64,000 nt of DNA from Flavobacteriales bacterium. Lineage in GTDB: Bacteria > Bacteroidota > Bacteroidia > Flavobacteriales_D > CAJJDF01. A program made the position numbers and the translations under genes. Position 1 is the stretch's first letter; every line of letters starts with the position of its first letter. The notes below the pieces were generated by a model. That model saw only the letters and a program-made list of their open reading frames with translations, searched no databases and was not told the DNA's origin. Shown here in pieces: positions 29,729-39,440 of this stretch. The stretch lies in the NCBI GenBank assembly GCA_018609055.1, contig JABAYJ010000006.1, forward strand, positions 394,805 to 458,804, given 5' to 3'.

Positions 29729-30454
29729 ATGAGTAAGAAAGAAAAGGAAAATAAACGTTTGGGATTAATCATCTCTAGTGCATTTCATGTAATCGTGATT
29801 TTGCTACTTTTTGCTTTTACTCTTACAACAGAGGAAGAAAAAGAGGAGCCGGCAACTATTCTTATGGATTTTACAGCCGGATCAAGCTCTAAGGGAGGAG
29901 CAAGCTCTGAGCCTACTCCATCTGAAACAGTTACTGAAGAACAAACTTCAAACACTGACCCCGTAATTACTCAAGAAACTAAATCTCCAGTAAAAAAATC
30001 GACCAAACCAAAAAGCACTTCAAGCTCTACACAAACCTCTGAGCCATCAAAAAAACCAAATTCTCAAGCATCAGCAGCAGGAGCTTTTAACGGGAATGGG
30101 ACTGGACAAAGTGATGGGAATGGAAATGGAAACAATGATGGGATTGGAGATGGTACAAATGGACCTGGTGTTTCTGGTAAAATAGGAAATTTAGGTGCTG
30201 GTGATGGAATTGCTCCAAGAGTATCTAATCCAACTAGAGATCAAGAAGGTAAAGTTGTTATAGAACTTACTGTTGACAGAGCTGGTAAAGTTGTTGATGT
30301 AAGAGTTTTATCAAGTCATGCTAAAACTACTACAACCGACCCAGTTCTTCTTAATCAAGCAAAAAAAGATGGTTATAGATTTGATTTTAAGGCAGATGGA
30401 AACAGAGCCGAATTAAGTAAAGGACTTAGAATCATTAACTACATCTTGCAATAG
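29729..30454 (+). CDS. TonB-like energy-transducer homolog with a Ser/Thr- and Gly/Asn-rich (not Pro-rich) linker
   Basis: N-terminal TM (LGLIISSAFHVIVILLLFAF). About 130 aa of low complexity. A TonB_C-like C-terminus (GKVVIELTVDRAGKVVDVRVLS…). Sits third after exbB and exbD. Confidence 0.6.
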   Translation: MSKKEKENKRLGLIISSAFHVIVILLLFAFTLTTEEEKEEPATILMDFTAGSSSKGGASSEPTPSETVTEEQTSNTDPVITQETKSPVKKSTKPKSTSSSTQTSEPSKKPNSQASAAGAFNGNGTGQSDGNGNGNNDGIGDGTNGPGVSGKIGNLGAGDGIAPRVSNPTRDQEGKVVIELTVDRAGKVVDVRVLSSHAKTTTTDPVLLNQAKKDGYRFDFKADGNRAELSKGLRIINYILQ

Positions 30455-30461
30455 CATTACT

Positions 30462-31682
30462 TTGAGTACCTATCAATCTACCTTAGATTATTTATTCGCT
30501 CAACTTCCCCAATACCAAAAAATAGGCGGTAAAGCTTACAAAGCCAACCTCAACAACATTACCGATATTTGTGAATTGCTTGGCAATCCACATTTAGCCA
30601 TTAAAACAGTTCATGTTGCTGGTAGTAACGGAAAAGGCTCTGTTTCGCATATGTTGGCTTCTATTCTGCAAGAAGCTGGTTACAAAGTGGGACTTTATAC
30701 TTCACCACATCTTAAAGATTTTAGAGAAAGAATAAAGATTAATGGAATCGATATTTCTGAAGAAGAAGTTGTTGATTTTGTATCGGAATATAAAGAGATT
30801 TTGACTGATGTAAACCCTTCATTTTTTGAATGGACTGTTGGGTTAGCTTTTCATTATTTTGAAAAGAAAAAAACCGATATCAATATCATTGAAACCGGAC
30901 TAGGAGGCAGATTAGATTCTACCAACATAATCACTCCAGAAGTTTCGGTAATCACCAATATTTCCTTGGAACACACAGTTATTTTAGGCAATACCATTGA
31001 ATTGATAACCAAAGAAAAAGCTGGAATCATAAAAAAAGGTATTCCTGTTGTAATTGGTAAAACCCAAAAGGAAACGAAACCAATTTTTGAAGAAATTGCT
31101 AAAAACCTCAACTCCCCTATTCACTTTGCTGATAAAGAAAAAAGCAAAGAATACAAACTAGATTTAGTTGGTGAAATTCAACAAGAAAACGCCCAAACTA
31201 CAGTAAAAACAATCAATGTTTTGGAAAGTAGAGGATTCCATATTTCTGAAAAAAATATAGAAGAAGGACTTGCCAATGTTATTGGAAACACCAGATTACT
31301 TGGTCGCTTTCAAATAGTGAGTAAAAACCCTACGATAGTTTACGACACAGCCCATAACCCAGATGGAATTAAAAAAGTTGTGAGTGAGATAGGAAAACTA
31401 TTACCAAATAAGCTTCATGTTGTAATAGGAATAGCTTCAGATAAATCTCATCAAAAGATGTTAGAACCATTCCCAAAAGGAACAGCTTTCTATTTTTGTA
31501 GTTCATCCAATGAAAGAGTTTTAAAAGGCGGAGAGCTAACCAAAATAGCTAGTGAATTGGGAATTAAAGGAAACACTTTTAATTCTGTTCAAGAAGGCTT
31601 AAACGAAGCCAAAAGCAATGCAATAGATTCTGATTTGATAGTCGTTACAGGAAGCAACTTTGTAGTTGCCGATATCATTTAA
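30462..31682 (+). CDS. folC: Bifunctional folylpolyglutamate synthase/dihydrofolate synthase
   Basis: 406 aa with VHVAGSNGKGS (P-loop) and ETGLGGRLDSTN. TTG start. Confidence 0.9.
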   Translation: MSTYQSTLDYLFAQLPQYQKIGGKAYKANLNNITDICELLGNPHLAIKTVHVAGSNGKGSVSHMLASILQEAGYKVGLYTSPHLKDFRERIKINGIDISEEEVVDFVSEYKEILTDVNPSFFEWTVGLAFHYFEKKKTDINIIETGLGGRLDSTNIITPEVSVITNISLEHTVILGNTIELITKEKAGIIKKGIPVVIGKTQKETKPIFEEIAKNLNSPIHFADKEKSKEYKLDLVGEIQQENAQTTVKTINVLESRGFHISEKNIEEGLANVIGNTRLLGRFQIVSKNPTIVYDTAHNPDGIKKVVSEIGKLLPNKLHVVIGIASDKSHQKMLEPFPKGTAFYFCSSSNERVLKGGELTKIASELGIKGNTFNSVQEGLNEAKSNAIDSDLIVVTGSNFVVADII

Positions 31683-31692
31683 AAAATGTCAT

Positions 31693-31730
31693 AAAAAAAG
31701 GCTCGATAATTAAATCGAACCTTTTTGTTT
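31693..31730. terminator. Bidirectional terminator between convergent folC and the ompA-family gene
   Basis: AAAAGGCTCGAT pairs with ATCGAACCTTTT, flanked by an A-run and a T-run. Confidence 0.7.
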
Positions 31731-31745
31731 TAGTTATTTATTCTT

Positions 31746-32909
31746 TTACATTGTCTCAAATCCTACTCTTCTGTTCTGAGCTTTTCCAACTAGAGTTCCC
31801 TCAGTTGATTCAGGATCAGAAGTGTTTTTGATGTCTTTATCAAATCTATCTTTGCTAATTCCATGACTCGATAAATAATCAGTTACAGCATCAATTCTTC
31901 TACTAGCTAAATCTAAATGCATTTCTTCACCTCTTGCAGCTAATTCTTCATCTCCTGTAATGTATCCAAATACATTTAATTTTAATTCTGGATTCTTAAT
32001 CATTGCTTCTGCCAATCCGTCTAAAGTTTCTTTAGCTTCTGGAGTTAAAGTAGACTTTAAATAAGCAAAATAAACTGTTGAGTTTTCTACTACTTCTTCT
32101 TCAGTAAATCCATCCATTGAAGTTCTGTTACTACTGTATACAACTCTTTCAATTTCTTTATCATCCACTTCATCACAGTTACAAGAAACTCCTTCTTCTA
32201 CAATTTTTACAACTATATCATCAATGTAGTAGTAAGCCATTGGTACTTGTGCACCTCTAAAATCAGCTTTCTTTCTAAGTTTTACGAATTTAGTTTCTTT
32301 AGTTTCATCAAAGTTACCGATAGTTAAAAATTTCTCTCCTCCTTCAGCTACAAACTCCGAGCACATTGACTCCCAGCTATATCTTTTTTCAAACACCCTA
32401 TTGTCTTCAACTTTAACTACAGTGTATTTAGGTCCAAGAACTATGTCTTTTTTACCTTCTACTTCAAAAGGTTTTTTTGATAAGTGAGCACCTAAGTTAT
32501 TCACTGCATATTTAGATAAATCTGAAAGACTTACTTTATATGAAACACAATATCTAACTCCTTTTTCTAATTTTTCTTTCAATTGAGAAAAAACGTAAGT
32601 TCTTGGAGATGCCCCTCTATAAGAATAAGCAATAATACCGGCATAGTTTTTACCATCTGCCGCATCTTCCTTTCCATAAATATTTCCTGGAACACCTATT
32701 TCGGTTCCGGCTGCATCTTCAGAAAATAAATCTGCTCTTAGCGAAGTTGGAGAAAACCAACTTTCGGCTTTATTAATTTGTTTTAATTTTTTCAACTTTC
32801 CTTTAACTCCTTCGAAACTAGGGTTCTCAACTAAGTTTTCGTCTTGAGCATAAGTTGTAGTTGCCATTGCAACTGATAGGAACAATCCTAAAATATACTT
32901 TGTTTTCAT
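31746..32909 (-). CDS. OmpA-family protein (signal peptide, unknown N-terminal domain, C-terminal OmpA-like domain)
   Basis: 387 aa. Signal peptide, and a C-terminus …LASRRIDAVTDYLSSHGISKDRF…NRRVGFE. Confidence 0.75.
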   Translation of the reverse strand: MKTKYILGLFLSVAMATTTYAQDENLVENPSFEGVKGKLKKLKQINKAESWFSPTSLRADLFSEDAAGTEIGVPGNIYGKEDAADGKNYAGIIAYSYRGASPRTYVFSQLKEKLEKGVRYCVSYKVSLSDLSKYAVNNLGAHLSKKPFEVEGKKDIVLGPKYTVVKVEDNRVFEKRYSWESMCSEFVAEGGEKFLTIGNFDETKETKFVKLRKKADFRGAQVPMAYYYIDDIVVKIVEEGVSCNCDEVDDKEIERVVYSSNRTSMDGFTEEEVVENSTVYFAYLKSTLTPEAKETLDGLAEAMIKNPELKLNVFGYITGDEELAARGEEMHLDLASRRIDAVTDYLSSHGISKDRFDKDIKNTSDPESTEGTLVGKAQNRRVGFETM

Positions 32910-33014
32910 AATTTTTCTTTTAATTGGTTTAAAAATAACAATCTATTTTCAATTATCAATACTAATTGTGAGGATAATGTCCAATACCTGAAATATAATT
33001 TACAAATTCAATGC

Positions 33015-33022
33015 CAAAAGTA
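33015..33022 (-). promoter_or_regulatory. Candidate -7 box (TACTTTTG) for the ompA-family gene
   Basis: The reverse complement of 33015-33022 is TACTTTTG, about 105 nt upstream of the ATG at 32909. Confidence 0.3.
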
Positions 33023-33063
33023 ACAATCTCGTTAGCTTAACGGTTTCTTAACAAATAGAAGAA

Positions 33064-33864
33064 TTAAGCTACAATGAAAAAAGGAACATATAATGACTCT
33101 TTATTATATCTCATTATTTTACCAGTTTCCATGTCGTACAAATCTTTACCAATTCCATTTAAAATTGCTTGACCAGCAGCTGTATCCCATTCCATACAAG
33201 GATAATCTCTAGGATAAATATCCATTACTCCCTCAGCAATTCTACAAAATTTGATGGCGCTAGATAACTTCTGAAACTCCATTGAATCATAAGTATAAGA
33301 TTTTAAAACCTCAGCATTTTTATAAAAATCAAATTCTGCTTCGCTTCCTCCAGTAACTATTAGCACCTCTTTGTTTTTGGATGGAGGCTTTAATCGTACA
33401 GCATTTTCTATTTGACGAGAAAAAGGTTTTTCATCATCATAATCCAGCTTAAAGGCTCCATACTCGGTACCTCCAAAAAACACTTCCTGACTTACTGGAA
33501 TATAAATAACACCAAATATGGCTACTCCATTTTCTACACAGCCTATGTTTACCGAAAACTCATTGGTTCTTTTTATAAACTCTTTTGTTCCATCTAGAGG
33601 ATCTACCACCCATAATAAGTCCCATTTTTTTCGCTCTTCAAAAGTATCTTCGGTACCTTCCTCACTTAAAATAGGAATTTTTGTAGCTTCTAATATTTCG
33701 GATATCACCTCCGAAGAATCTAAATCTGCTTTTGTTACAGGGGAATTATCGCCTTTCAATTTAGTATCGAACTCTCCAGATTCAAAAACATCCATCACAG
33801 AAAATCCTCCTTCTATGGCAGCATTTATAGCTCTGTAAAATGGTTCGGGTAGTTCTGTCATCAT
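33064..33864 (-). CDS. cysQ: 3'(2'),5'-bisphosphate nucleotidase / inositol monophosphatase family
   Basis: Contains LSEE, WVVDPLDGTKEF and WDTAAGQAIL motifs. Confidence 0.8.
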   Translation of the reverse strand: MMTELPEPFYRAINAAIEGGFSVMDVFESGEFDTKLKGDNSPVTKADLDSSEVISEILEATKIPILSEEGTEDTFEERKKWDLLWVVDPLDGTKEFIKRTNEFSVNIGCVENGVAIFGVIYIPVSQEVFFGGTEYGAFKLDYDDEKPFSRQIENAVRLKPPSKNKEVLIVTGGSEAEFDFYKNAEVLKSYTYDSMEFQKLSSAIKFCRIAEGVMDIYPRDYPCMEWDTAAGQAILNGIGKDLYDMETGKIMRYNKESLYVPFFIVA

Positions 33865-33867
33865 AAC

Positions 33868-34593
33868 TTATAAACTCATTAATTCTTTAAACTTTTGCGC
33901 TTGTCTTCGAGATACCTCTATCTCTTCTCCGGTTTTCAAAGTTAGTTTTAATCCTCCGCTAAACCAATTATCTACTTTACTCACCCACTTTACATTTACA
34001 ATGTTTTTTCTGTTGGTTCTAAAGAAAATTTTATCTTCTAACCTTTCTTCAATTTTATTTAAAGACCTTAATATCAAGGGCTTGTTATCCTCAAAATGAA
34101 TTTTAATGTAATTCCCTACAGATTCAAAATAACGAACATCTTTTAGAGTTACGAACCAACATTTATCTCCATCTTTAATGAAAATTTGATCTTCTAATGT
34201 CAATTTTTCATTAGATATTTTAGACTCTTCTCTATTCAATTCAGAGTTTTCTTCTTTTAATTTTAAGAGAGTTTTTTCTAGTCTTTGTGAGTCAACAGGT
34301 TTCAGAATATAATCAAGAGCATTTACTTCAAATGCCTTAATAGCAAACTCATCATAGGCGGTTACAAAAATAACTTGAGGTACATAATCGAGTTCTTCTA
34401 GTAATTCAAACCCAGTTTTTTCGGGCATCTGTATATCTAAAAAAACTAAATCGGGCTTCAGTTGTTCTATTGCTTCCTTTGCTTCATCAGCATTGGCACA
34501 CTCCTTTATCACTTCAATAAAATCGAAAGATGCTAATAAAGAAATTAATTCCTTACGTGCTAATCGTTCGTCATCAACAATTATAGTTTTCAT
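33868..34593 (-). CDS. LytTR-family response regulator
   Basis: Receiver domain (IIVDDERLARKEL…PDLVFLDIQMP) plus a LytTR DNA-binding C-terminus. Confidence 0.9.
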   Translation of the reverse strand: MKTIIVDDERLARKELISLLASFDFIEVIKECANADEAKEAIEQLKPDLVFLDIQMPEKTGFELLEELDYVPQVIFVTAYDEFAIKAFEVNALDYILKPVDSQRLEKTLLKLKEENSELNREESKISNEKLTLEDQIFIKDGDKCWFVTLKDVRYFESVGNYIKIHFEDNKPLILRSLNKIEERLEDKIFFRTNRKNIVNVKWVSKVDNWFSGGLKLTLKTGEEIEVSRRQAQKFKELMSL

Positions 34594-34604
34594 AGTTGCT
34601 TTAT

Positions 34605-35645
34605 TTAATTTATTGGAATCACCACTACAGACTTCACAATCTCATCCTCAGTAACAAGCTCAAAGCTAGCAGAGTTTCCGTATAGTAAGCGAAGTCGTTT
34701 TATAGTGTTCTCTACTCCTATTCCTGTTTTCGAAATTCTATCATCATTTAGTTTGCCAGTATTACTAATTTCAATGAATAGCTTTTGGCTCTTAAGCCTT
34801 ACTTCAATTTTAATCACACCCCCTTTTATTAGTTTAGAGATGCCGTGTTTTATTCCATTCTCAACCAAAGTTTGAATTAATAGCGGAGGAACCAAACAAG
34901 GAAGAGCTTTGTCATCAACTTCAGACACAACCTCAAGTCTCTCTTCGTATCTTATTTTCTCTAAACTTAAGTAATCATTTACTAAAGTTAGTTCTTCTTC
35001 TAATGTTACCTTTTCTCTTTTGGCATGAATTAGAGAAGCTCTAAGAACATTCGACAATTGAGTAACTGCTTTCTTTGACTCTTCTGGGTTTTCATCTATC
35101 AGAGCTCTAATACTATTCATTGCATTGAACATGAAATGAGGGTTAAGTTGTGACCTAAGGTTCTTAAGCTCTGCCTCAGAACTTAATGCCAGCATTTCTA
35201 AATTTTTATACTCTTCTTTTCTTGCTTTATAAAACAATAAATATCCAAAGTAAAGTATGCTCCAAATGAAATAAACTATTGCTCCAAAAAATATCTCGTT
35301 CCAATTTAAATAGCTAAATTCTAGTGACATAAGAACATTACGCGTAACCGAAATAGAGAACGAAAAAAACACCCCCAAAACAACAGATGCAACCAAAATT
35401 CTTAATAATAATGGGCCAATAGATTTAACCAACCATTCATTTTTAGAAACATAAAAACGATATAAATGACTAATTAATAAATTAGTTAAAAACACAATTA
35501 GAAGTAATAATACAAAAGGGGTGTTAATACCATTTTGGCTTAGATTAAACAGCCCGATAAGAAATACAAAAAATCCCCAACCAAGTAGTTGAAATATAAA
35601 GTACTGAACTCTATAGTTTACTTTTATGTCGGGTAAAGAAACCAT
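34605..35645 (-). CDS. LytS-type sensor histidine kinase (His_kinase/HATPase)
   Basis: Four to five N-terminal TM helices, QLNPHFMFNAMNSI (H-box) and ENGIKHG. Confidence 0.85.
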   Translation of the reverse strand: MVSLPDIKVNYRVQYFIFQLLGWGFFVFLIGLFNLSQNGINTPFVLLLLIVFLTNLLISHLYRFYVSKNEWLVKSIGPLLLRILVASVVLGVFFSFSISVTRNVLMSLEFSYLNWNEIFFGAIVYFIWSILYFGYLLFYKARKEEYKNLEMLALSSEAELKNLRSQLNPHFMFNAMNSIRALIDENPEESKKAVTQLSNVLRASLIHAKREKVTLEEELTLVNDYLSLEKIRYEERLEVVSEVDDKALPCLVPPLLIQTLVENGIKHGISKLIKGGVIKIEVRLKSQKLFIEISNTGKLNDDRISKTGIGVENTIKRLRLLYGNSASFELVTEDEIVKSVVVIPIN

Positions 35646-35648
35646 TAG

Positions 35649-36686
35649 TTAGTTAGAGTTTAAGTAGGAGGTTTTTGGTAATTGTCTTAAGTAAATTTCT
35701 ACAAAAAAAGCATACAACAACAATGACAATAACAAATGAGTTGGCTGTGCAAATGCAGGCATTTCGAAATAATAAAGAATTATACCGAACAGAATTTCTG
35801 TCAAAGTGAAGCTTATCAGATAACCTAGTGGACGCTTAAATTCAGAAACTGATTTTAGCTTAAAGAATAAATAAGCTAAAGAAAACACAATCAATAAAGA
35901 GAATGACCTATGTACAAAAAACACCCAATCAAAACCTTTCGGAATAAGTTCCCTAGGAGTTCCAGACTTAAACATTACATCAGTTTGTTGTCGAACCTGA
36001 GTTCCCAAAACTATTTGCACAAACATTAAAACTATTGCGCCAACTGATACGATTTTGGTTAAAAAAGAAGTCTTAATTTTAGAATCAGCACCATTTATTT
36101 CTCTGTAAATGTGAGACAATAAAGCCAACTGAATAATAATCATAACGGTAACTCCCATCATGTGGTAAGTTATCATGTATGGATTTAAATTGGTATCCAC
36201 TGTAAGCTTACCAAGCCAGGCTTGAAACAAAATGAAGAATAATTGCAATATTGAGAGAATCAATAACCAAGAATTCACTTTCCTTTTGCGAGCTGCCAGC
36301 ACAATCATAATTAATGCAAAAAAGCCCAACAAAGCCCCAAACAATCTGTTTATGTATTCAATCCAGGTATGTAGCGCATTAAATTTAGCGTAGCTGTGTT
36401 TGGTATATTTGGTCCAATCTTTTAAATCAAATGATTCGGATGCAACAAACTTTTCGTTTGCTACCCAAAGAGCTTTTTCTTCAATAACCATTTGCCCTTT
36501 GCTAAATTCCTTGCCTGCCGAATAAGCTAATTCACTCTCCATTGTTGGCGGAATTAAATGCCCAAAACATTTTGGCCAGTCGGGACAACCCATTCCTGAA
36601 CCAGTCATTCGCACTATACTACCAGCAATTATTACCAGAAATATATTTATTAAAACTATCCAGCTTATATTTTTTAATCCTTTCAT
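35649..36686 (-). CDS. ctaA: COX15/CtaA-family heme A synthase
   Basis: GSIVRMTGSGMGCPDWPKCFGHLIPP plus polytopic helices with conserved His. Start MKGLKN (36686) is preferred over 36737. Confidence 0.75.
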   Translation of the reverse strand: MKGLKNISWIVLINIFLVIIAGSIVRMTGSGMGCPDWPKCFGHLIPPTMESELAYSAGKEFSKGQMVIEEKALWVANEKFVASESFDLKDWTKYTKHSYAKFNALHTWIEYINRLFGALLGFFALIMIVLAARKRKVNSWLLILSILQLFFILFQAWLGKLTVDTNLNPYMITYHMMGVTVMIIIQLALLSHIYREINGADSKIKTSFLTKIVSVGAIVLMFVQIVLGTQVRQQTDVMFKSGTPRELIPKGFDWVFFVHRSFSLLIVFSLAYLFFKLKSVSEFKRPLGYLISFTLTEILFGIILYYFEMPAFAQPTHLLLSLLLYAFFVEIYLRQLPKTSYLNSN

Positions 36687-36843
36687 TATCAATTTACAAA
36701 CTATTAATAAAATCTGACAGAGTATTATACTCTTCAACTCAATTTTATCTCTAATGATTTCAGTCTTAAAATTACAATACTCTAGTATAAATAGCTATTA
36801 AAAAAACAAAAATTCAAAAGACTAGCAACTAAATATAAAAACA

Positions 36844-36851
36844 TAACTTTG
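36844..36851 (+). promoter_or_regulatory. Candidate -7 box (TAACTTTG) for the TonB-dependent receptor gene
   Basis: Perfect TAnnTTTG 57 nt upstream of the ATG at 36908. Confidence 0.3.
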
Positions 36852-36907
36852 CATCTTGTTTTTGGTACACTTATTGCGACCAAATAACTGAAAAATTTTC
36901 ATTTCAA

Positions 36908-39319
36908 ATGATTAATAAAAAATACTTATTTATACTCTTCATTTTTGTTCATTCAGTAATGCTTGGGCAATCTGTTAAAGTTCTTCATTATAAGACTAAG
37001 GAACCTATCAAAGATGTTCAGGTTCATAATAGAGATAAATCAATTTCATTATACACAAACATTGAGGGGATTGTTAGCCTTAATGATTTTAAAATAAATG
37101 AATTAGTCTATTTTTCTCATCCTTCATTCGAAAAAGAAAAGAAATCAATATCACAAATAGTTACAGATGGTTACAGGGTTTTGATGTTTGATTTAATTGA
37201 ACTCCCAACTATTGTCATTAAACCACCAAGAGAAAATACTCATGAAGATTTTTCTTCGGTTAGAATTGACAAAATAAACAGTTTTGATATTCAATTTTCT
37301 TCACCTCAGACTTCGGCTGACATGCTACAAAAGAACAGCAATATTCTTGTTCAAAAAAGTCAAGCTGGTGGAGGGAGCCCAATAATTAGAGGGTTCGAAG
37401 CAAATAAAATTTTATTAGTTGTAGATGGTGTAAGAATGAATAATGCTATTTATCGTAGCGGCCACCTCCAGAATGCCATAACTGTAGATCCAAACATTTT
37501 GGAAAGTACAGATGTGTTTTATGGACCCGGCTCAGTAATTTATGGAAGTGATGCACTGGGAGGTGTGATTCATTTTCATACTAAAAACCCTATGTTTTCA
37601 TCAAATGATCAATTACTGGTTAGCGGAAATGCATTAGCTCGTTTTGGGACTGCCAATGGCGAAAATACTACTCATGTTGATCTTAATTTAGGAACGAAAA
37701 AGTTCGCAAGTTTAACTTCTATTACCTTTTCAGATTTTGAAGATTTTAGAATGGGAAATAACCGAAGTCATGGTTATGAAGACTTTGGAGAAATACTGAA
37801 CTATGTTACGACCATTAATGGGCAAGATTCTATGGTTGCTAATCCTGACGAGAATATCCACCAAAGAACTGCATTTAACCAACTAAATTTATTGCAAAAA
37901 TTCAGTTACCAAAGGAATGAAAATTTAAAATTCGGTCTTAATATTCAGTACTCTACATCTAGTCAAATTAATAGATTTGATAAACTAAATGAATACAGAA
38001 ACGGTAAACTAAGATTTTCTGAATGGTATTACGGACCTCAAAACAGACTATTAACTGCATTTACTTTAGAATCTAAAAAAGAGACTAAACTATTTGATTA
38101 CTTCACGATTAACTCATCTTTTCAAAAAATTGATGAAGACAGAATTGAGAGAAGGTACCAAAGCAATATCCTTTCTACTCAAAATGAAGATGTATTTGTT
38201 TACAGTCTTAATGCTGATTTTTTCAAACGACTTTCTAAAAAAGAAGTTCTTTATTACGGAATAGAAGGAACACATAATGATGTAAATTCAACTGCATTTG
38301 ATACCGATTTAAACACCAATATTAATTCGCCAGGGATAACAAGATATCCAAATGGAGAAAATAGAATTACTTCAGGAGCTGTTTATGCAACTCTTGACAA
38401 ACTTATATCCAAAGAAATAATAATAAATTTTGGAGCTAGATACAATCATTTTATCAATTATTCAGAGTTTTTAGACACTTCACTAATAGGATTTCCATTT
38501 AATAAAATTGACTTTAATACTGGTGCTTTCTCAGGAAGTGTGAGTATAAAATATGAAGAAGAAAATGGCTTTAGAGGAGAATTAATTGGTTCATCTGGAT
38601 ATAGATCACCAAATGTAGATGACTACGGAAAGATTTTTGAAAATGATGGGAACCTTGTAATCCCTAACAACCTTTTACGCCCAGAATTTGTATATAATGG
38701 AGAACTTAATTTTTCCAAAAAATGGGAGAAAGACGAAAAGGAATATTTGATGGTGAAAATTGCTGGATTCTACACAGTTATAAATAATGCAATTGTCAGA
38801 AGTGATTTTGTTCTTAATGGAGAAGATTCAATCCTATTTGAGGGGACTAAGTTAAATTTACAATCGAACCAAAATGTAAGTTCAGCCTATATTTATGGAG
38901 GTTCTTTTGATACCAGAATAAACTTCACTCCTTACCTAAGTTTTAATGGATCAGCAAATTACACCATTGGAAAAAATGTAAGTACAAACTCACCTTTAGG
39001 ACATATTCCTCCAGTTTTTGGAAGATTAGGAGTTACATTTAATAACAAAAGAATTAGAGCTCAGGTAAATTCTCAATTCAATGGATGGAAACAAGTAAAA
39101 GACTTTTCGCCTACTGGTGAAGATAATTTAGAAGAAGCAACTATTAATGGTTCACCATCATGGTTAGTATTAAATGCTCATTTATCTGTTAATCTTAATT
39201 CATCTTTAAGATTACAAGGGAGTGTAGAAAACATCTTCGACACTCATTACAAACAATTTGCATCTGGAGTTAGTGCTCTAGGAAGGAATTTTAGTATCAG
39301 CCTAAAAGCCAGTTTTTAA
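36908..39319 (+). CDS. TonB-dependent outer-membrane receptor
   Basis: 803 aa. N-terminal carboxypeptidase-regulatory-like region, a plug (…GGGSPIIRGFEANKILLVVDGVRMNNAIYRSGHLQN…), and a beta-barrel ending in F. Confidence 0.85.
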   Translation: MINKKYLFILFIFVHSVMLGQSVKVLHYKTKEPIKDVQVHNRDKSISLYTNIEGIVSLNDFKINELVYFSHPSFEKEKKSISQIVTDGYRVLMFDLIELPTIVIKPPRENTHEDFSSVRIDKINSFDIQFSSPQTSADMLQKNSNILVQKSQAGGGSPIIRGFEANKILLVVDGVRMNNAIYRSGHLQNAITVDPNILESTDVFYGPGSVIYGSDALGGVIHFHTKNPMFSSNDQLLVSGNALARFGTANGENTTHVDLNLGTKKFASLTSITFSDFEDFRMGNNRSHGYEDFGEILNYVTTINGQDSMVANPDENIHQRTAFNQLNLLQKFSYQRNENLKFGLNIQYSTSSQINRFDKLNEYRNGKLRFSEWYYGPQNRLLTAFTLESKKETKLFDYFTINSSFQKIDEDRIERRYQSNILSTQNEDVFVYSLNADFFKRLSKKEVLYYGIEGTHNDVNSTAFDTDLNTNINSPGITRYPNGENRITSGAVYATLDKLISKEIIINFGARYNHFINYSEFLDTSLIGFPFNKIDFNTGAFSGSVSIKYEEENGFRGELIGSSGYRSPNVDDYGKIFENDGNLVIPNNLLRPEFVYNGELNFSKKWEKDEKEYLMVKIAGFYTVINNAIVRSDFVLNGEDSILFEGTKLNLQSNQNVSSAYIYGGSFDTRINFTPYLSFNGSANYTIGKNVSTNSPLGHIPPVFGRLGVTFNNKRIRAQVNSQFNGWKQVKDFSPTGEDNLEEATINGSPSWLVLNAHLSVNLNSSLRLQGSVENIFDTHYKQFASGVSALGRNFSISLKASF

Positions 39320-39440
39320 TCTAAATTAGTACTTCAAGAACTTCAATCTATTTCATAAACATCTAGCGTTTTAGCATATCTATTTGTTCCGTAATTTTTG
39401 TATCTTTGGTAGTCTCACTTAATGAGTAGAGAAAATAATA

